This document shows, one piece after another, positions 1 through 9,061 of a stretch of DNA of 64,000 bases. This stretch comes from a virus. The notes under the pieces were generated by a model. It made no database searches and was not told the DNA's origin. It saw nothing but the letters and a program-made list of their open reading frames with translations. The position numbers and the translations under genes are program-made. Where the stretch lies: the IMG/VR virus record IMGVR_UViG_3300011116_000922, positions 1-64,000 of that record; one strand, 5' to 3'. Numbering within the stretch: the first letter of the stretch is position 1; each line of letters begins with the position of its first letter.

Positions 1-436
1 CTGTGTTGCCCCTATGGATTCACCGGGAATCGGTGGCTGTGTTGCCACGGTAGATCCACCGGGAATCGGTGGCTGTGTTGCCCCTATGGATTCACCGGGA
101 ATCGGTGGCTGTGTTGCCACGGTAGATACACCGGGAATCGGTGGCTGTGTTGCCGCTATGGATCCACCACCGGGAATCGGTGGCTGTGTTGCCACGGTAG
201 ATCCACCGGGAATCGGTGGCTGTGTTGCCACGGTAGATCCACCGGGAATCGGTGGCTCTGCTGTGACTGTTATTGTTGCCACGGTAGATCCACCGGGAAT
301 CGGTGGCTGTGTTGCCGCTATGGATCCACCACCGGGAATCGGTGGCTGTGTTGTCGTCGTGACTGTTATTGTTGTCACGGTAGATCCACCGGGAATCGGT
401 GGCTGTGTTGCCACGGTAGATCCACCGGGAATCGGC
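1..436. repeat. Coding tandem repeat, basic unit 36 bp (PPIPGGSTVATQ on the minus strand)
   Basis: Core ACCGGGAATCGG occurs 11 times (near 22, 58, 94, 130, 169, 205, 241, 292, 331, 388, 424); spacings of 36, 39, 51 and 57 bp are all multiples of 3. Confidence 0.95.
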
Positions 437-1266
437 GGTTCCATTTCTCCTATTCCTGATGGTGTTGACCCAATAGATCCGCCTCCACTCTTTCCGTACA
501 GGCTGGTTCTTCCTGCGCGAGAAATGTCTTCTGTCAATGAAGACAGGGCAGCAGCCTCTTCTTCTTTGCCTTCTCGTCTGCGTTGCAACGAGCGGCTTAT
601 CATGCCGCCCACCAGTGGGATTTTCGCTGCCATTTTTTCGGGCAGTTCTTTCATGTAATCGCTGATTTTTTCTTTAGCCGCAGCCCTCATGCCTGTTTCG
701 CGTACAAGCGGCTCTTCAATCTTGCTAATCATATCCATCAATTTACTGGCAATCTCGCCTTGCTTTCCACCACCCTTAAACACATTCTGTGCCACCTTCT
801 TGAAGGTGCGTAGGCGTTGCAGGATTTTTCGCTTTTGATCTACCGTTCTAGCCTTTGCTGCCTGTTCGCCCAAACTAACAACAGCATCAAATATTTCATA
901 TGCAGCCGACTGATCTACAGTTTTTTCGGATCTGGATCCAAATATTTCCTGATTTTTTGTTACCAGTTCCTCTGCGGTTTTACGCAAACCGTCTAGAACC
1001 GCATCTTGAATTTCAGATTCCGTTCCCTCCAAGTCTCGCATGGTTTGGAGCAGGGCTTTTCGGAACCCCGATATTTCTTCTTTCACTTGTTCCGGTGTCA
1101 CGGTCGGGCCAATGGGAACCGCTGTTGCTGTGGGTGCAGCCGCAGTAACCGTGGTTGTAGTGGTAGTGGCACTAGTGGTCTTGGTTTTCAGAAAACGACC
1201 AGTTGCGGGATCAATTGGTGCCCCGCGTCGTCCTCTTCCTGACCCTTTTTTCTTGCCTCTTGCCAT
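1..1266 (-). CDS. Large protein downstream of gp51, truncated by the window edge; candidate baseplate hub / tape-measure-region protein with Pro/Thr-rich repeats
   Basis: Not in the ORF track. ATG at 1266 directly after the gp51 stop; read by hand as MARGKKKGSGRGRRGAPIDPATGRFLK..., a helical middle part, then PPIPGGSTVATQ repeats. Product inferred from position only. Confidence 0.75.
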   Translation of the reverse strand, partial: MARGKKKGSGRGRRGAPIDPATGRFLKTKTTSATTTTTTVTAAAPTATAVPIGPTVTPEQVKEEISGFRKALLQTMRDLEGTESEIQDAVLDGLRKTAEELVTKNQEIFGSRSEKTVDQSAAYEIFDAVVSLGEQAAKARTVDQKRKILQRLRTFKKVAQNVFKGGGKQGEIASKLMDMISKIEEPLVRETGMRAAAKEKISDYMKELPEKMAAKIPLVGGMISRSLQRRREGKEEEAAALSSLTEDISRAGRTSLYGKSGGGSIGSTPSGIGEMEPPIPGGSTVATQPPIPGGSTVTTITVTTTTQPPIPGGGSIAATQPPIPGGSTVATITVTAEPPIPGGSTVATQPPIPGGSTVATQPPIPGGGSIAATQPPIPGVSTVATQPPIPGESIGATQPPIPGGSTVATQPPIPGESIGATQ

Positions 1267-1449
1267 TTACGCCCTTTTCTTGTTTTTTGCTTTGTCTCGT
1301 TCTTCTTTCAAATAAGATATTAGCAAATTTATGTATACCTCGCGCTCCCAAGGTATCAGCGATTCCACCTCCTCAAGTGAGTACTTGTGGTGCTGAACAA
1401 GCGAAAAATTGGTCTTATAGAACGCTGACAGATCCGTATGTGTCAGCAT
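1267..1449 (-). CDS. gp51: Baseplate hub assembly catalyst gp51-like
   Basis: FYKTNFSLVQHHKYSLEEVESLIPWEREVY motif; follows gp26. Confidence 0.85.
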   Translation of the reverse strand: MLTHTDLSAFYKTNFSLVQHHKYSLEEVESLIPWEREVYINLLISYLKEERDKAKNKKRA

Positions 1450-2156
1450 CAGAGAAAAAAATCAGTGATGTTCTCCATTGCCACATTCATCTTGTTTTGG
1501 CAGGCTGGACATGTAAACCCAAATTCGTACTTTACTGATGGTGCAGACTTTAGATATTCCGTGATTTCCTTGAATTGTTCGGGAAGCATATTCTCTACAA
1601 ACAGGTTGATGTCGTCTTCGTATACATTTCCACGCTCATACACATCATCCTTGTACAGCACTTTGTCTATGCATGAGTAAGTCATTTCAAATATCATGGA
1701 TGCCTCGTCCTTGGTGGCATCCAAATCGTGAATGTTTGGGTATCGCATTACCAGCGTGATGTCGTCATTGATCTTGATGTTTGGATTTCTGTCATCAACA
1801 ATGGTCTGTGTTTGCAGTTTGTCGATGTTGATTTTCACCGGGGTTTTGCCCTCGCACTTGGGGCACTTCACGGTTGGCTTTAGTTCTTCTCCCACAGACT
1901 TTGCGCGAATCTGCAACATGGCATGATTTGCGTCTGCTGCGGGAATCTTCTTTGTGTCCAGTTTGTTTTCCGTGCAGGCAAGGATCATGTTGCGAATAGC
2001 ATCAATTACCTGATTGGGATTGCCGCTTTGGAGCGCGATCAGCAGCACCTTTTCTTCTTTCACCAAGAACGGGCGATACTTCACCACAAGTTTCGATATG
2101 GGTAGGGTCATGGTATAGTACGGTACTGTAGACGGAGCAAGTCTCAATTTTTCCAT
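1449..2156 (-). CDS. gp26: Baseplate hub subunit gp26
   Basis: YRPFLVKEEKVLL, IRAKSVGE, two CxxC motifs. Confidence 0.9.
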   Translation of the reverse strand: MEKLRLAPSTVPYYTMTLPISKLVVKYRPFLVKEEKVLLIALQSGNPNQVIDAIRNMILACTENKLDTKKIPAADANHAMLQIRAKSVGEELKPTVKCPKCEGKTPVKINIDKLQTQTIVDDRNPNIKINDDITLVMRYPNIHDLDATKDEASMIFEMTYSCIDKVLYKDDVYERGNVYEDDINLFVENMLPEQFKEITEYLKSAPSVKYEFGFTCPACQNKMNVAMENITDFFL

Positions 2157-2197
2157 TGTGTGTCCTTTTCAGATATAGAGTTCAGCGCGTATCTTAT

Positions 2198-2908
2198 TTA
2201 TGCCTTCTTGGGCGAGAAAATGCTGCCAATGCCATTCATCACATTTGATGCGCCTTCACCGATTCCTTGGAATAGTGCAGCAATTCCCAGACCACTACCG
2301 TTGTTCTTCGGCACATTAGGTGGAGGAAATTCTCCACCGTTGTATTCGGGGAACTGTCTGACATAGAATGCGGATGTGTATTTTCTGAAAGAAAAGGTCA
2401 CTTCTTGAGTCAGGTATTCGTTTTCGCGGTCGTTGGCAAAACTCAAGTCTCCAATCATTTTTGGATACAATTCTTCCACCAACGACACATATGACACCTG
2501 ATCGCTTTTGTCCAGTACATGAACTGCAAGCGTTCCCACATAATCATCGTAGTAGCCCAGTTTGTAGTCGTTGTTGTTGACCACATTACTCATCCATTTT
2601 TCAAAGAACCTGCGTTCCGTCATGTCGCGGGACAGGATGTATGTGAGTGAAATTTCTCCACCGTACAGAATTTCATACGGCATCTGACGAGCAGGGCCGT
2701 AGACGCGATATCCTGTGGTGGAAATGTTTCTGCCCGGAATGGTCACACTCATGCAGCGAATCATCATGTTCGGCATGGTTGGGTTTTCATCTACCATTAC
2801 TTTAGGCAAACGAAACTCTGCAACATATCGGTTGGTGGTCAGAAAACTGTTATCCAGTATGTTGGATATGATATTTTCTACTTTGGATGTGCCTTCGAAT
2901 TGTGTCAT
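2198..2908 (-). CDS. gp54: Tail-tube-fold protein (gp54-like tube initiator)
   Basis: NRY..., C.SVTIPGR, ERRFFEKWM, GYYDDYVG, YPK and VTFSFRKY motifs of gp19/gp54-fold proteins. Confidence 0.65.
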   Translation of the reverse strand: MTQFEGTSKVENIISNILDNSFLTTNRYVAEFRLPKVMVDENPTMPNMMIRCMSVTIPGRNISTTGYRVYGPARQMPYEILYGGEISLTYILSRDMTERRFFEKWMSNVVNNNDYKLGYYDDYVGTLAVHVLDKSDQVSYVSLVEELYPKMIGDLSFANDRENEYLTQEVTFSFRKYTSAFYVRQFPEYNGGEFPPPNVPKNNGSGLGIAALFQGIGEGASNVMNGIGSIFSPKKA

Positions 2909-3510
2909 GGGTTGTTCTCTGTTTTAATGGCTTGATTGTAAGCGTTGCGGCGAATGGTTACTTTTCTTCCTTGCACAAACAGGGCAAGGTCAACATCAAC
3001 AAGCACATCCCTAAATTCAGCCGGAATCAGTATGGGGCGTTTCCGAAATCCACTTTTTACATATCTGCGATAGCAAGGCTTGAAGAATTTGAATTTTCTA
3101 AGAGACAGCATCCGTTCGTAACTTGCCCCTAGACGCACAAACGATGGATCGCCACTACGCTTCTGTGGCAAGAATTTCACGATAGCATCAAAGAGTTGCC
3201 GCCGCCATTTTGCACTCAAGAAATGCAAATTAATGCCTTCAAACCCATCGGTGTGTACATCAGTGATGATTACCAGCGGGAACATATCGTATGGAGAATA
3301 CGAGTTCAGGAATTTTTCGGTTTGTGGTTTATATTTAAAAAATACGATTTGACCGGGCAGAAACACATTGGGTGTGTGTAGAACCTTTTCGTGAGCAAGG
3401 TACTTCAGTAGTTGTATGTATGATTGGTTGCTGCCGCCCAGTCCTGTTACCGTTTCCTCAAGCAGCATCTTTAGTTCATCTGCTTTTTGTTGTGGGTTGG
3501 GTATGGTCAT
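2905..3510 (-). CDS. gp2: DNA end protector gp2-like
   Basis: PGQIVFFKYKP, YDMFPLV, GFEGINLHFL, FKPCYRRY. Start moved to ATG 3510, which overlaps the gp4 stop (ATGA). Confidence 0.8.
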   Translation of the reverse strand: MTIPNPQQKADELKMLLEETVTGLGGSNQSYIQLLKYLAHEKVLHTPNVFLPGQIVFFKYKPQTEKFLNSYSPYDMFPLVIITDVHTDGFEGINLHFLSAKWRRQLFDAIVKFLPQKRSGDPSFVRLGASYERMLSLRKFKFFKPCYRRYVKSGFRKRPILIPAEFRDVLVDVDLALFVQGRKVTIRRNAYNQAIKTENNP

Positions 3511-3950
3511 GGTTTGCGTCCAAACAGATCGTCTTCGGTGAGTACTTTGAATTCCCAACCACGGCTAGACGCTGCTTCTGTGGCTGCTTTCCATTTTGCG
3601 CTGTTGGTTATCCAAGTCTGCATTTCATACAGGTAGTTCCGGGATTTGCGCTTGGGCTTCTTTGGTTCGCAGCACTGCTTCTTGGGCTTTACCTCAATCA
3701 GCATGGTTTTAACCGCGCCTTGAGTGGTACGCATCTCCACAATGAAATCCACATAGTAGCGGTGTGGCTTTTTGTCCAGTGGACTGATGTACGGGATCAC
3801 CACTTCTTCAGACCCCCAACGAACCACCGTTTGGTTTAAATCGCAGAATTTCATAAATCGCCGCTCCCACATGGATCGGTACACTATCTGTGTGGGGTTA
3901 CCCATGTACTTGGATGGGTTCGTGGGCGAAAAATATCCTTTGTAGGGCAT
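3507..3950 (-). CDS. gp4: Head completion protein gp4 (TnsA-like nuclease fold)
   Basis: NPSKYMGNP, YRSMWERRFM, WGSEE, HRYYVDF, IEVKP, KWKAA, LTED. Confidence 0.93.
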   Translation of the reverse strand: MPYKGYFSPTNPSKYMGNPTQIVYRSMWERRFMKFCDLNQTVVRWGSEEVVIPYISPLDKKPHRYYVDFIVEMRTTQGAVKTMLIEVKPKKQCCEPKKPKRKSRNYLYEMQTWITNSAKWKAATEAASSRGWEFKVLTEDDLFGRKP

Positions 3951-3962
3951 ATAGATATGTAG
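3950..3962. promoter_or_regulatory. Overlapping divergent late-promoter-like motifs
   Basis: TATAGATA (+, 3950-3957) facing gp48 and CTACATA (-, 3962-3956) facing gp4, in the 37-bp divergent gap. Confidence 0.5.
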
Positions 3963-3987
3963 AATACTCCACCGAGGAAATACTTAA

Positions 3988-5460
3988 ATGGCATTACCCC
4001 CGATTGTAAACCGATCCGTAAAGAGTCTAGCAACTAGTCCACCCGATGATGGGTGTTTTGCTACCAATGCCCCGCGAACGGGGGCAGTCGTGGCACGGGA
4101 ACTGTCGGCACGGCGTGGTGATGATGAAACGGTACAGAAACTAGAGTCATTCAAAGAAAATATTCGAGGATCTCGGGTTCAGCCCCCGATCATGCGGTAT
4201 CCCGTTGATATTGGGAGTGCAAAAAGCGAAATTCCCCACATCATGCAGTTCAAGATTTATTGGCGGTGGGAAAATCCTGAATTTGCCAAGGAAGCACAGA
4301 AACTCAAGATGGAGGCAGAATCCACCTTGAAAGAAATGGAAAGCGCACAGTGGCTGTTGGAAGAGTCCAACTACAACATGGATGAACTGATGCGTTGGGG
4401 TGGTGTTGCTCCTACTTCTGAAATTGGTAACGCTATGGGGATGTTGCTTGATCCTTCATATGTGAATCCGCAAGACCCTTCTCAAAACAAAAATCTAGAC
4501 GAATTGTTGAGCAATCCCGAAACCCGAGAAGAGGGTCGCCGGATCATGGAGCGCAATTTGCGAAACGCAAATGATCGCGTGAACAGTATTGGTTCGGAAT
4601 TTGGTACTAATGCTTTGGGAGAGACAAACTTCGGTGCCACGCCCGTAACCCAAGACAGTAATGTTTTGAGCGGTCGGTTCAACAAGTTGTTGGCTCAGGC
4701 TACTCCTGAAGGCTTGCAGAAGGGCTTGGATTATCTTGGTCTGAAGCAGCGCGATCCCCAGTACGATCAGATGGTTTCCATCTATCTGCCTGTATGCACC
4801 CGGATCAACAACGAAGACGCATTTGCGTATAATGACGCTGACATGAAACTTGCATCGGGAGCAATGGCTGCTCTTGGAACTTTGCAAAGCGGAACTAGTC
4901 TTGTTCAGCAAATCGGTCAGTTGTCAAAGGAAGCAGCAGCAGGACTAGCAACATCTCTTGCGTCAAATACTGCTTTGGCAGGAGTTATTCCTTCTGTTAC
5001 AGGTATGGTGCTTAATCCCCGTGTGGAAAAAATGTTCCAACAGAAGGATATTCGTCAGTTCACATTCTCTTGGGATTTCTATCCACGCAACGAAGTAGAA
5101 GTCAAGAACATCAAAGACATCATCGACACCTTCCGTTACCATTCACATCCGGCTCGTTCTAAAGTGAATGATGTGACCGGAAAGGATCTTGGCACCGATC
5201 CCCAAATCATGCTTCGTGTTCCCGCAGAATTCACGGTAAAGTTCCTGTCATCAGAGTCGGGTGGTTCGGGAAACGGATTTGTGGAAAACGAATACATTCC
5301 AAAACTCTCTCGGTGTGTGGTCACAAACATTTCCGTTGATTACGCTCCCAATGGAGTGTTCTCTACACTGAAAGACAATTCGCCTTCCGCGTACACACTC
5401 TCAATCACAGTCTCTGAAATTGCTCAACTCACCCGCGAGGATGTGGAGGCTGGCTTCTAA
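3988..5460 (+). CDS. gp48: Baseplate tail tube cap gp48
   Basis: RYPVD, SIYLP, NPRVEKMFQ, RQFTFSWDFYPRNEVE, CVVTNISVDYAP; carries a long internal insertion. Confidence 0.88.
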   Translation: MALPPIVNRSVKSLATSPPDDGCFATNAPRTGAVVARELSARRGDDETVQKLESFKENIRGSRVQPPIMRYPVDIGSAKSEIPHIMQFKIYWRWENPEFAKEAQKLKMEAESTLKEMESAQWLLEESNYNMDELMRWGGVAPTSEIGNAMGMLLDPSYVNPQDPSQNKNLDELLSNPETREEGRRIMERNLRNANDRVNSIGSEFGTNALGETNFGATPVTQDSNVLSGRFNKLLAQATPEGLQKGLDYLGLKQRDPQYDQMVSIYLPVCTRINNEDAFAYNDADMKLASGAMAALGTLQSGTSLVQQIGQLSKEAAAGLATSLASNTALAGVIPSVTGMVLNPRVEKMFQQKDIRQFTFSWDFYPRNEVEVKNIKDIIDTFRYHSHPARSKVNDVTGKDLGTDPQIMLRVPAEFTVKFLSSESGGSGNGFVENEYIPKLSRCVVTNISVDYAPNGVFSTLKDNSPSAYTLSITVSEIAQLTREDVEAGF

Positions 5461-6356
5461 TGTACTTCAAAGAATTTCCTGTTGTCCCGTATCCGTATTA
5501 TATTGGCGACCAACGCCTGTACGCAATTGCGCGAAATGTGCTGCGTAGGGTTGCGCTCACTAGCGTGATTAATGGTCAGGTTGCCTTTATTGAATACAAT
5601 GTCAAGGACGGTGAAAAGCCGGAACATATTGCAAATCGTTTGTACGGAAATTCTGCGTATCACTGGCTGGTGTTGCTGTGCAACAACATTGTTGATCCGT
5701 ATTACGGGTGGTATATGTCGCAGTCCAGTTTGGAGCAGTACACCCAAAAGCGGTATTCGGGAATGGTTGCGTATTTCAGCGATGGCTTGGGTGGATTCAC
5801 ATACAACACCGAATTTGCTCAAGGCTGCACACTGAATCAAAACGGTCAGTCGGTGAGCATCAAAAATTACCGCGATACTTTCTGCGAACTAGCCGTTGAA
5901 ACGCCGTCTGTGAGGGTTGGCAGTGCCACGGTTTCCACTCCCAGTGGTTCCACGGCTAACATCTACATTGAAAAGGTGCTTCCGTACATTTACGGGGTAC
6001 ACAACTTCCAACTGGAAAGACCCACCGGAAGTGCGGAGGGAGCCTGTGGCGCACAAGAGTTTCCGGTAGCCGATCCGCTTTCGCGGCAGACCGCAGATTA
6101 CGAAGAGTACACTCCCGTATTGGGCAATCAATATCCTGCTTTGGGTATTGGTGGAGCAGCAGGAGCAACGGTTCAATTTTGGGAAACCTATATTGGCAAG
6201 TACATGGGAATTTCCGGCGATGAAATCAACACCTATGCCGTAAGCAACTATATCTACGAGCAAAACACCAATGACACCAAGCGAACCATCCGCATATTGA
6301 ACCCTGCCTTTTTGGATCAAGCCATGAAGGAACTCAAAGCGGCAATGGGAGTTTAA
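5460..6356 (+). CDS. gp53: Baseplate wedge subunit gp53
   Basis: MYFKEFP, LysM-like YNVKDGEKPEHIANRLYG, HWLVLL.NNI, C-terminal YEQ..ND.KRTI. Confidence 0.9.
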   Translation: MYFKEFPVVPYPYYIGDQRLYAIARNVLRRVALTSVINGQVAFIEYNVKDGEKPEHIANRLYGNSAYHWLVLLCNNIVDPYYGWYMSQSSLEQYTQKRYSGMVAYFSDGLGGFTYNTEFAQGCTLNQNGQSVSIKNYRDTFCELAVETPSVRVGSATVSTPSGSTANIYIEKVLPYIYGVHNFQLERPTGSAEGACGAQEFPVADPLSRQTADYEEYTPVLGNQYPALGIGGAAGATVQFWETYIGKYMGISGDEINTYAVSNYIYEQNTNDTKRTIRILNPAFLDQAMKELKAAMGV

Positions 6357-6359
6357 AGT

Positions 6360-7703
6360 ATGCCAAACACGAACGGCAGTGACATCACAAAAGCAGGCGA
6401 CTACAAGATCAAGAAAATGGTCTTGCGGTCAGGCTTGAACGAAGACTATGTGGACATTCGTGCCCTGTACACCACCTTTGAGGTGTTTGAGGACATGTTC
6501 TCCCCGTACATGACCGCAAAAATCTACATGGTGGATTCGTTGAATCTGCCCGAGAAATTGCCCATCCGTGGTCAGGAAACCCTTGAATTGGAATTCGTCA
6601 CGGACTTTCCAAACATGGAAACCGTCAAAAAGATATTCAAGGTGTACAAGATAGACAGGCAAAAGATCGACCCAAACGGTCGTGGTCAGCAATATGTGCT
6701 GCATCTAATCAGTGAAGGTGGGTATTTCAATTACACCGAACGCTGTGGCTATTCCGTGAAGGGAAAAGTTTCGGACATGGTGAAAGCCGTTTTCAAGAAG
6801 CACTTTCCCGAATATCTGTGGAAAGACACCTTGGAGATACAACCCACAGCGGACAACTTCTCGTATGTTCTTCCGCAGTCGTACAGCCCATTCAAGGCAA
6901 TCACTTGGTTGGCGCGTAGAGCGGTGAGCGGTGTAAAAACAGACTACTCTCCGTATTTCTTCTACGAGTCGATGGACGGCTATCGCTTTCAGAGCCTGTC
7001 CAAGATCATAGAACTGGGAGAGCAGTTCAAGGACAAGTACTATTTCATCAAAAGCAATGTGAATCGCAACCCCGAAACCAACGAAGGTTCAGGAATCAAG
7101 GTGGGTGGCGTTTCCAAATTGCCAAGCATATACCACCGGATTCAGACCCTTCAGGAAGAGATGCGATTCGACATGGTGGAGAATATTGGATCCGGTGTAG
7201 TTGCGTCCCGCATGAGCGTTCACGACATCATGCGTAAGGAGCGGCGCGACTACACTTTTAAGGAAGCCGACATATTCAAGGACATGAAAAAGATCGGCAA
7301 GAATCCCCATTTTATTCAGGCAAACAGCAAGGAAAGCAACGAGTTCTTTGAGAAAAGCAATTCTGCGTACTTCTTTGTTCCGTATGCGCCATTCACCGTG
7401 TACACAAAAGACAACAAGATCCAAGACAATTCTCGCGTGGAAGAGTACTTCTTACAAAGAAAGTATTTGGTGAACACCATGCTGACACAGAAGATCAGCA
7501 TTGAAATCTACGGAGACAGCAGCAAGCGGGTGGGGCAACTCATGGACATCTTTGTACCAAAGATTGCTGCGGACGGGCATCTTCAGAACGAACCCCAAGA
7601 CAAGAATTTGAGCGGTGATTATATGATTACATCCATCTGCCATAAGTTTGGCACGAAGTATGCGTGTGTAATGGAACTTTCTCGTAATTGCATGGGAGTA
7701 TGA
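6360..7703 (+). CDS. Baseplate hub protein (gp27-like)
   Basis: FEDMFSPYMT, LPIRGQE, YFFYE, GD....VG, LSGDYMITSICH; sits between gp53 and gp5. Confidence 0.7.
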   Translation: MPNTNGSDITKAGDYKIKKMVLRSGLNEDYVDIRALYTTFEVFEDMFSPYMTAKIYMVDSLNLPEKLPIRGQETLELEFVTDFPNMETVKKIFKVYKIDRQKIDPNGRGQQYVLHLISEGGYFNYTERCGYSVKGKVSDMVKAVFKKHFPEYLWKDTLEIQPTADNFSYVLPQSYSPFKAITWLARRAVSGVKTDYSPYFFYESMDGYRFQSLSKIIELGEQFKDKYYFIKSNVNRNPETNEGSGIKVGGVSKLPSIYHRIQTLQEEMRFDMVENIGSGVVASRMSVHDIMRKERRDYTFKEADIFKDMKKIGKNPHFIQANSKESNEFFEKSNSAYFFVPYAPFTVYTKDNKIQDNSRVEEYFLQRKYLVNTMLTQKISIEIYGDSSKRVGQLMDIFVPKIAADGHLQNEPQDKNLSGDYMITSICHKFGTKYACVMELSRNCMGV

Positions 7704-7704
7704 A

Positions 7705-8781
7705 ATGAAACAATTTGCAGGGCAAGAAGGATTCTACTGGTGGCACGGTGTGGTTGAGGATATTGATGATCCTCTAATGCTTGGGCGTTGTCGCGTTCGT
7801 GTGTTTGGATACCACACCGAGGACTTGGTTGAACTGCCAACAACGGATCTTCCGTGGGCATATCCCATGCAGCCCATCACCAGTGCTGCTTTGTCTGGCA
7901 TCGGTACTTCTCCCACAGGTCTTTTACGGGGATCTCATGTTTTTGGTTTTTTCCGTGATGATGAAGAGGGGCAAGATCCAGTTATATTAGGATCTTTCGG
8001 GGGAATACCGCAAACCAAACCAAATAAAAACAAGGGATACAATGATCCTGAAGGCATATATCCTCGGTCTGATGTGACCATTCCTGTTGGAATTTCGGTT
8101 GTCGGTGAAATAGACACCAATCGGTTGGTTAGAAATGATGAAAAAATTGAATCAACTATAGTCAACTACAAGAAAAAAACCGTAGTGTCAGATGTTTCTA
8201 GTACACCCGACATGACTGCCAAGTACACATGGAACGAACCATCAAGTCCATATGCAGCAAAGTATCCCAAAAATCATGTTCGTTTTACTGAAAGTGGTCA
8301 TGTAGAAGAATATGATGATACTCCCGGAGCAGAGCGGGTACATGTATTTCATAAGTCTGGGACATTCACAGAAGTTGCGAATGGATGGAAAGATGATCCA
8401 GACGGAACCCGTGTGCAGAGAGTGATTGGTCACGATTACGAAATTGTTCACGGAAACAAAAAAGTTTATATCCGAGGCAAAGCGGGTCTTGATCTTGTCG
8501 TAGACGGATCCGTAAACATTACGATAAATAATGGTGGAAATATTCAGATAAACGGAGACACGAATATTCTTGCCAATAATGATGTTAATCTTCAGATTGA
8601 AGGATCCCTTAAAGCGTCAGCAAAAGATATGCAGTTCTTTTCTCAAGAAGATGTTGCATTTTCTGGAAAAAGCGTATCGTTCATAACGGATAGCGGAGTA
8701 ATGGTAATAACACAGAACGGTCGCGTGGAAATAAATTCCGGCGATCCAGTAGTACGACCCGAAAAGGTAAACCTCAAATAA
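7705..8781 (+). CDS. gp5: Baseplate spike gp5 without a lysozyme domain
   Basis: OB-fold WWHGVVED.DDPL.LGRCRVR, LPWA, YPKNHV..TESGH..EYDDTPGAER, beta-helical C-terminus. Confidence 0.92.
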   Translation: MKQFAGQEGFYWWHGVVEDIDDPLMLGRCRVRVFGYHTEDLVELPTTDLPWAYPMQPITSAALSGIGTSPTGLLRGSHVFGFFRDDEEGQDPVILGSFGGIPQTKPNKNKGYNDPEGIYPRSDVTIPVGISVVGEIDTNRLVRNDEKIESTIVNYKKKTVVSDVSSTPDMTAKYTWNEPSSPYAAKYPKNHVRFTESGHVEEYDDTPGAERVHVFHKSGTFTEVANGWKDDPDGTRVQRVIGHDYEIVHGNKKVYIRGKAGLDLVVDGSVNITINNGGNIQINGDTNILANNDVNLQIEGSLKASAKDMQFFSQEDVAFSGKSVSFITDSGVMVITQNGRVEINSGDPVVRPEKVNLK

Positions 8782-8790
8782 GGGGCAGTC

Positions 8791-9051
8791 ATGGGAAGAG
8801 TATGCCGAGCAAACATAGATAAAGCAGGAGGCATCATATTAGAAGGCAGCAAGACTGTCTTGATTGATGGATTTCCGGTGGCACTAGAAGGAAACCGGGT
8901 ACAGGCTCATGGCACACATAGAGATCCTGTCATGGTGAATGGAAGTCAGAAATTCATTATAGACGGTATTCCGGTGATTATTGAAGGCACTAGCAAGGCA
9001 TCGTGCGATCATCCGGCAATATCAGCATCTTCTACCGTAACAGCAATTTAA
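8791..9051 (+). CDS. PAAR spike-tip protein (gp5.4-like)
   Basis: GS.TVLIDG.PVA and GS...IDGIPV repeats, His/Cys ligands (HG.H, SCDH); follows gp5. Confidence 0.85.
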   Translation: MGRVCRANIDKAGGIILEGSKTVLIDGFPVALEGNRVQAHGTHRDPVMVNGSQKFIIDGIPVIIEGTSKASCDHPAISASSTVTAI

Positions 9052-9061
9052 GGAACACATA

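Noticed and set aside
1-436. CRISPR-like 36-bp periodicity
   Set aside because: No unique spacers; units are contiguous, in frame and coding; no cas genes.
14-658. Plus-strand 214-aa ORF (PPGIGGCVATVD repeats)
   Set aside because: Antisense shadow of the minus-strand gene starting at 1266, which is coupled to gp51 and matches the local orientation.
3507-3950. TnsA-like transposase
   Set aside because: This is the conserved gp4 head completion gene in its usual position; no transposon ends or partner genes.
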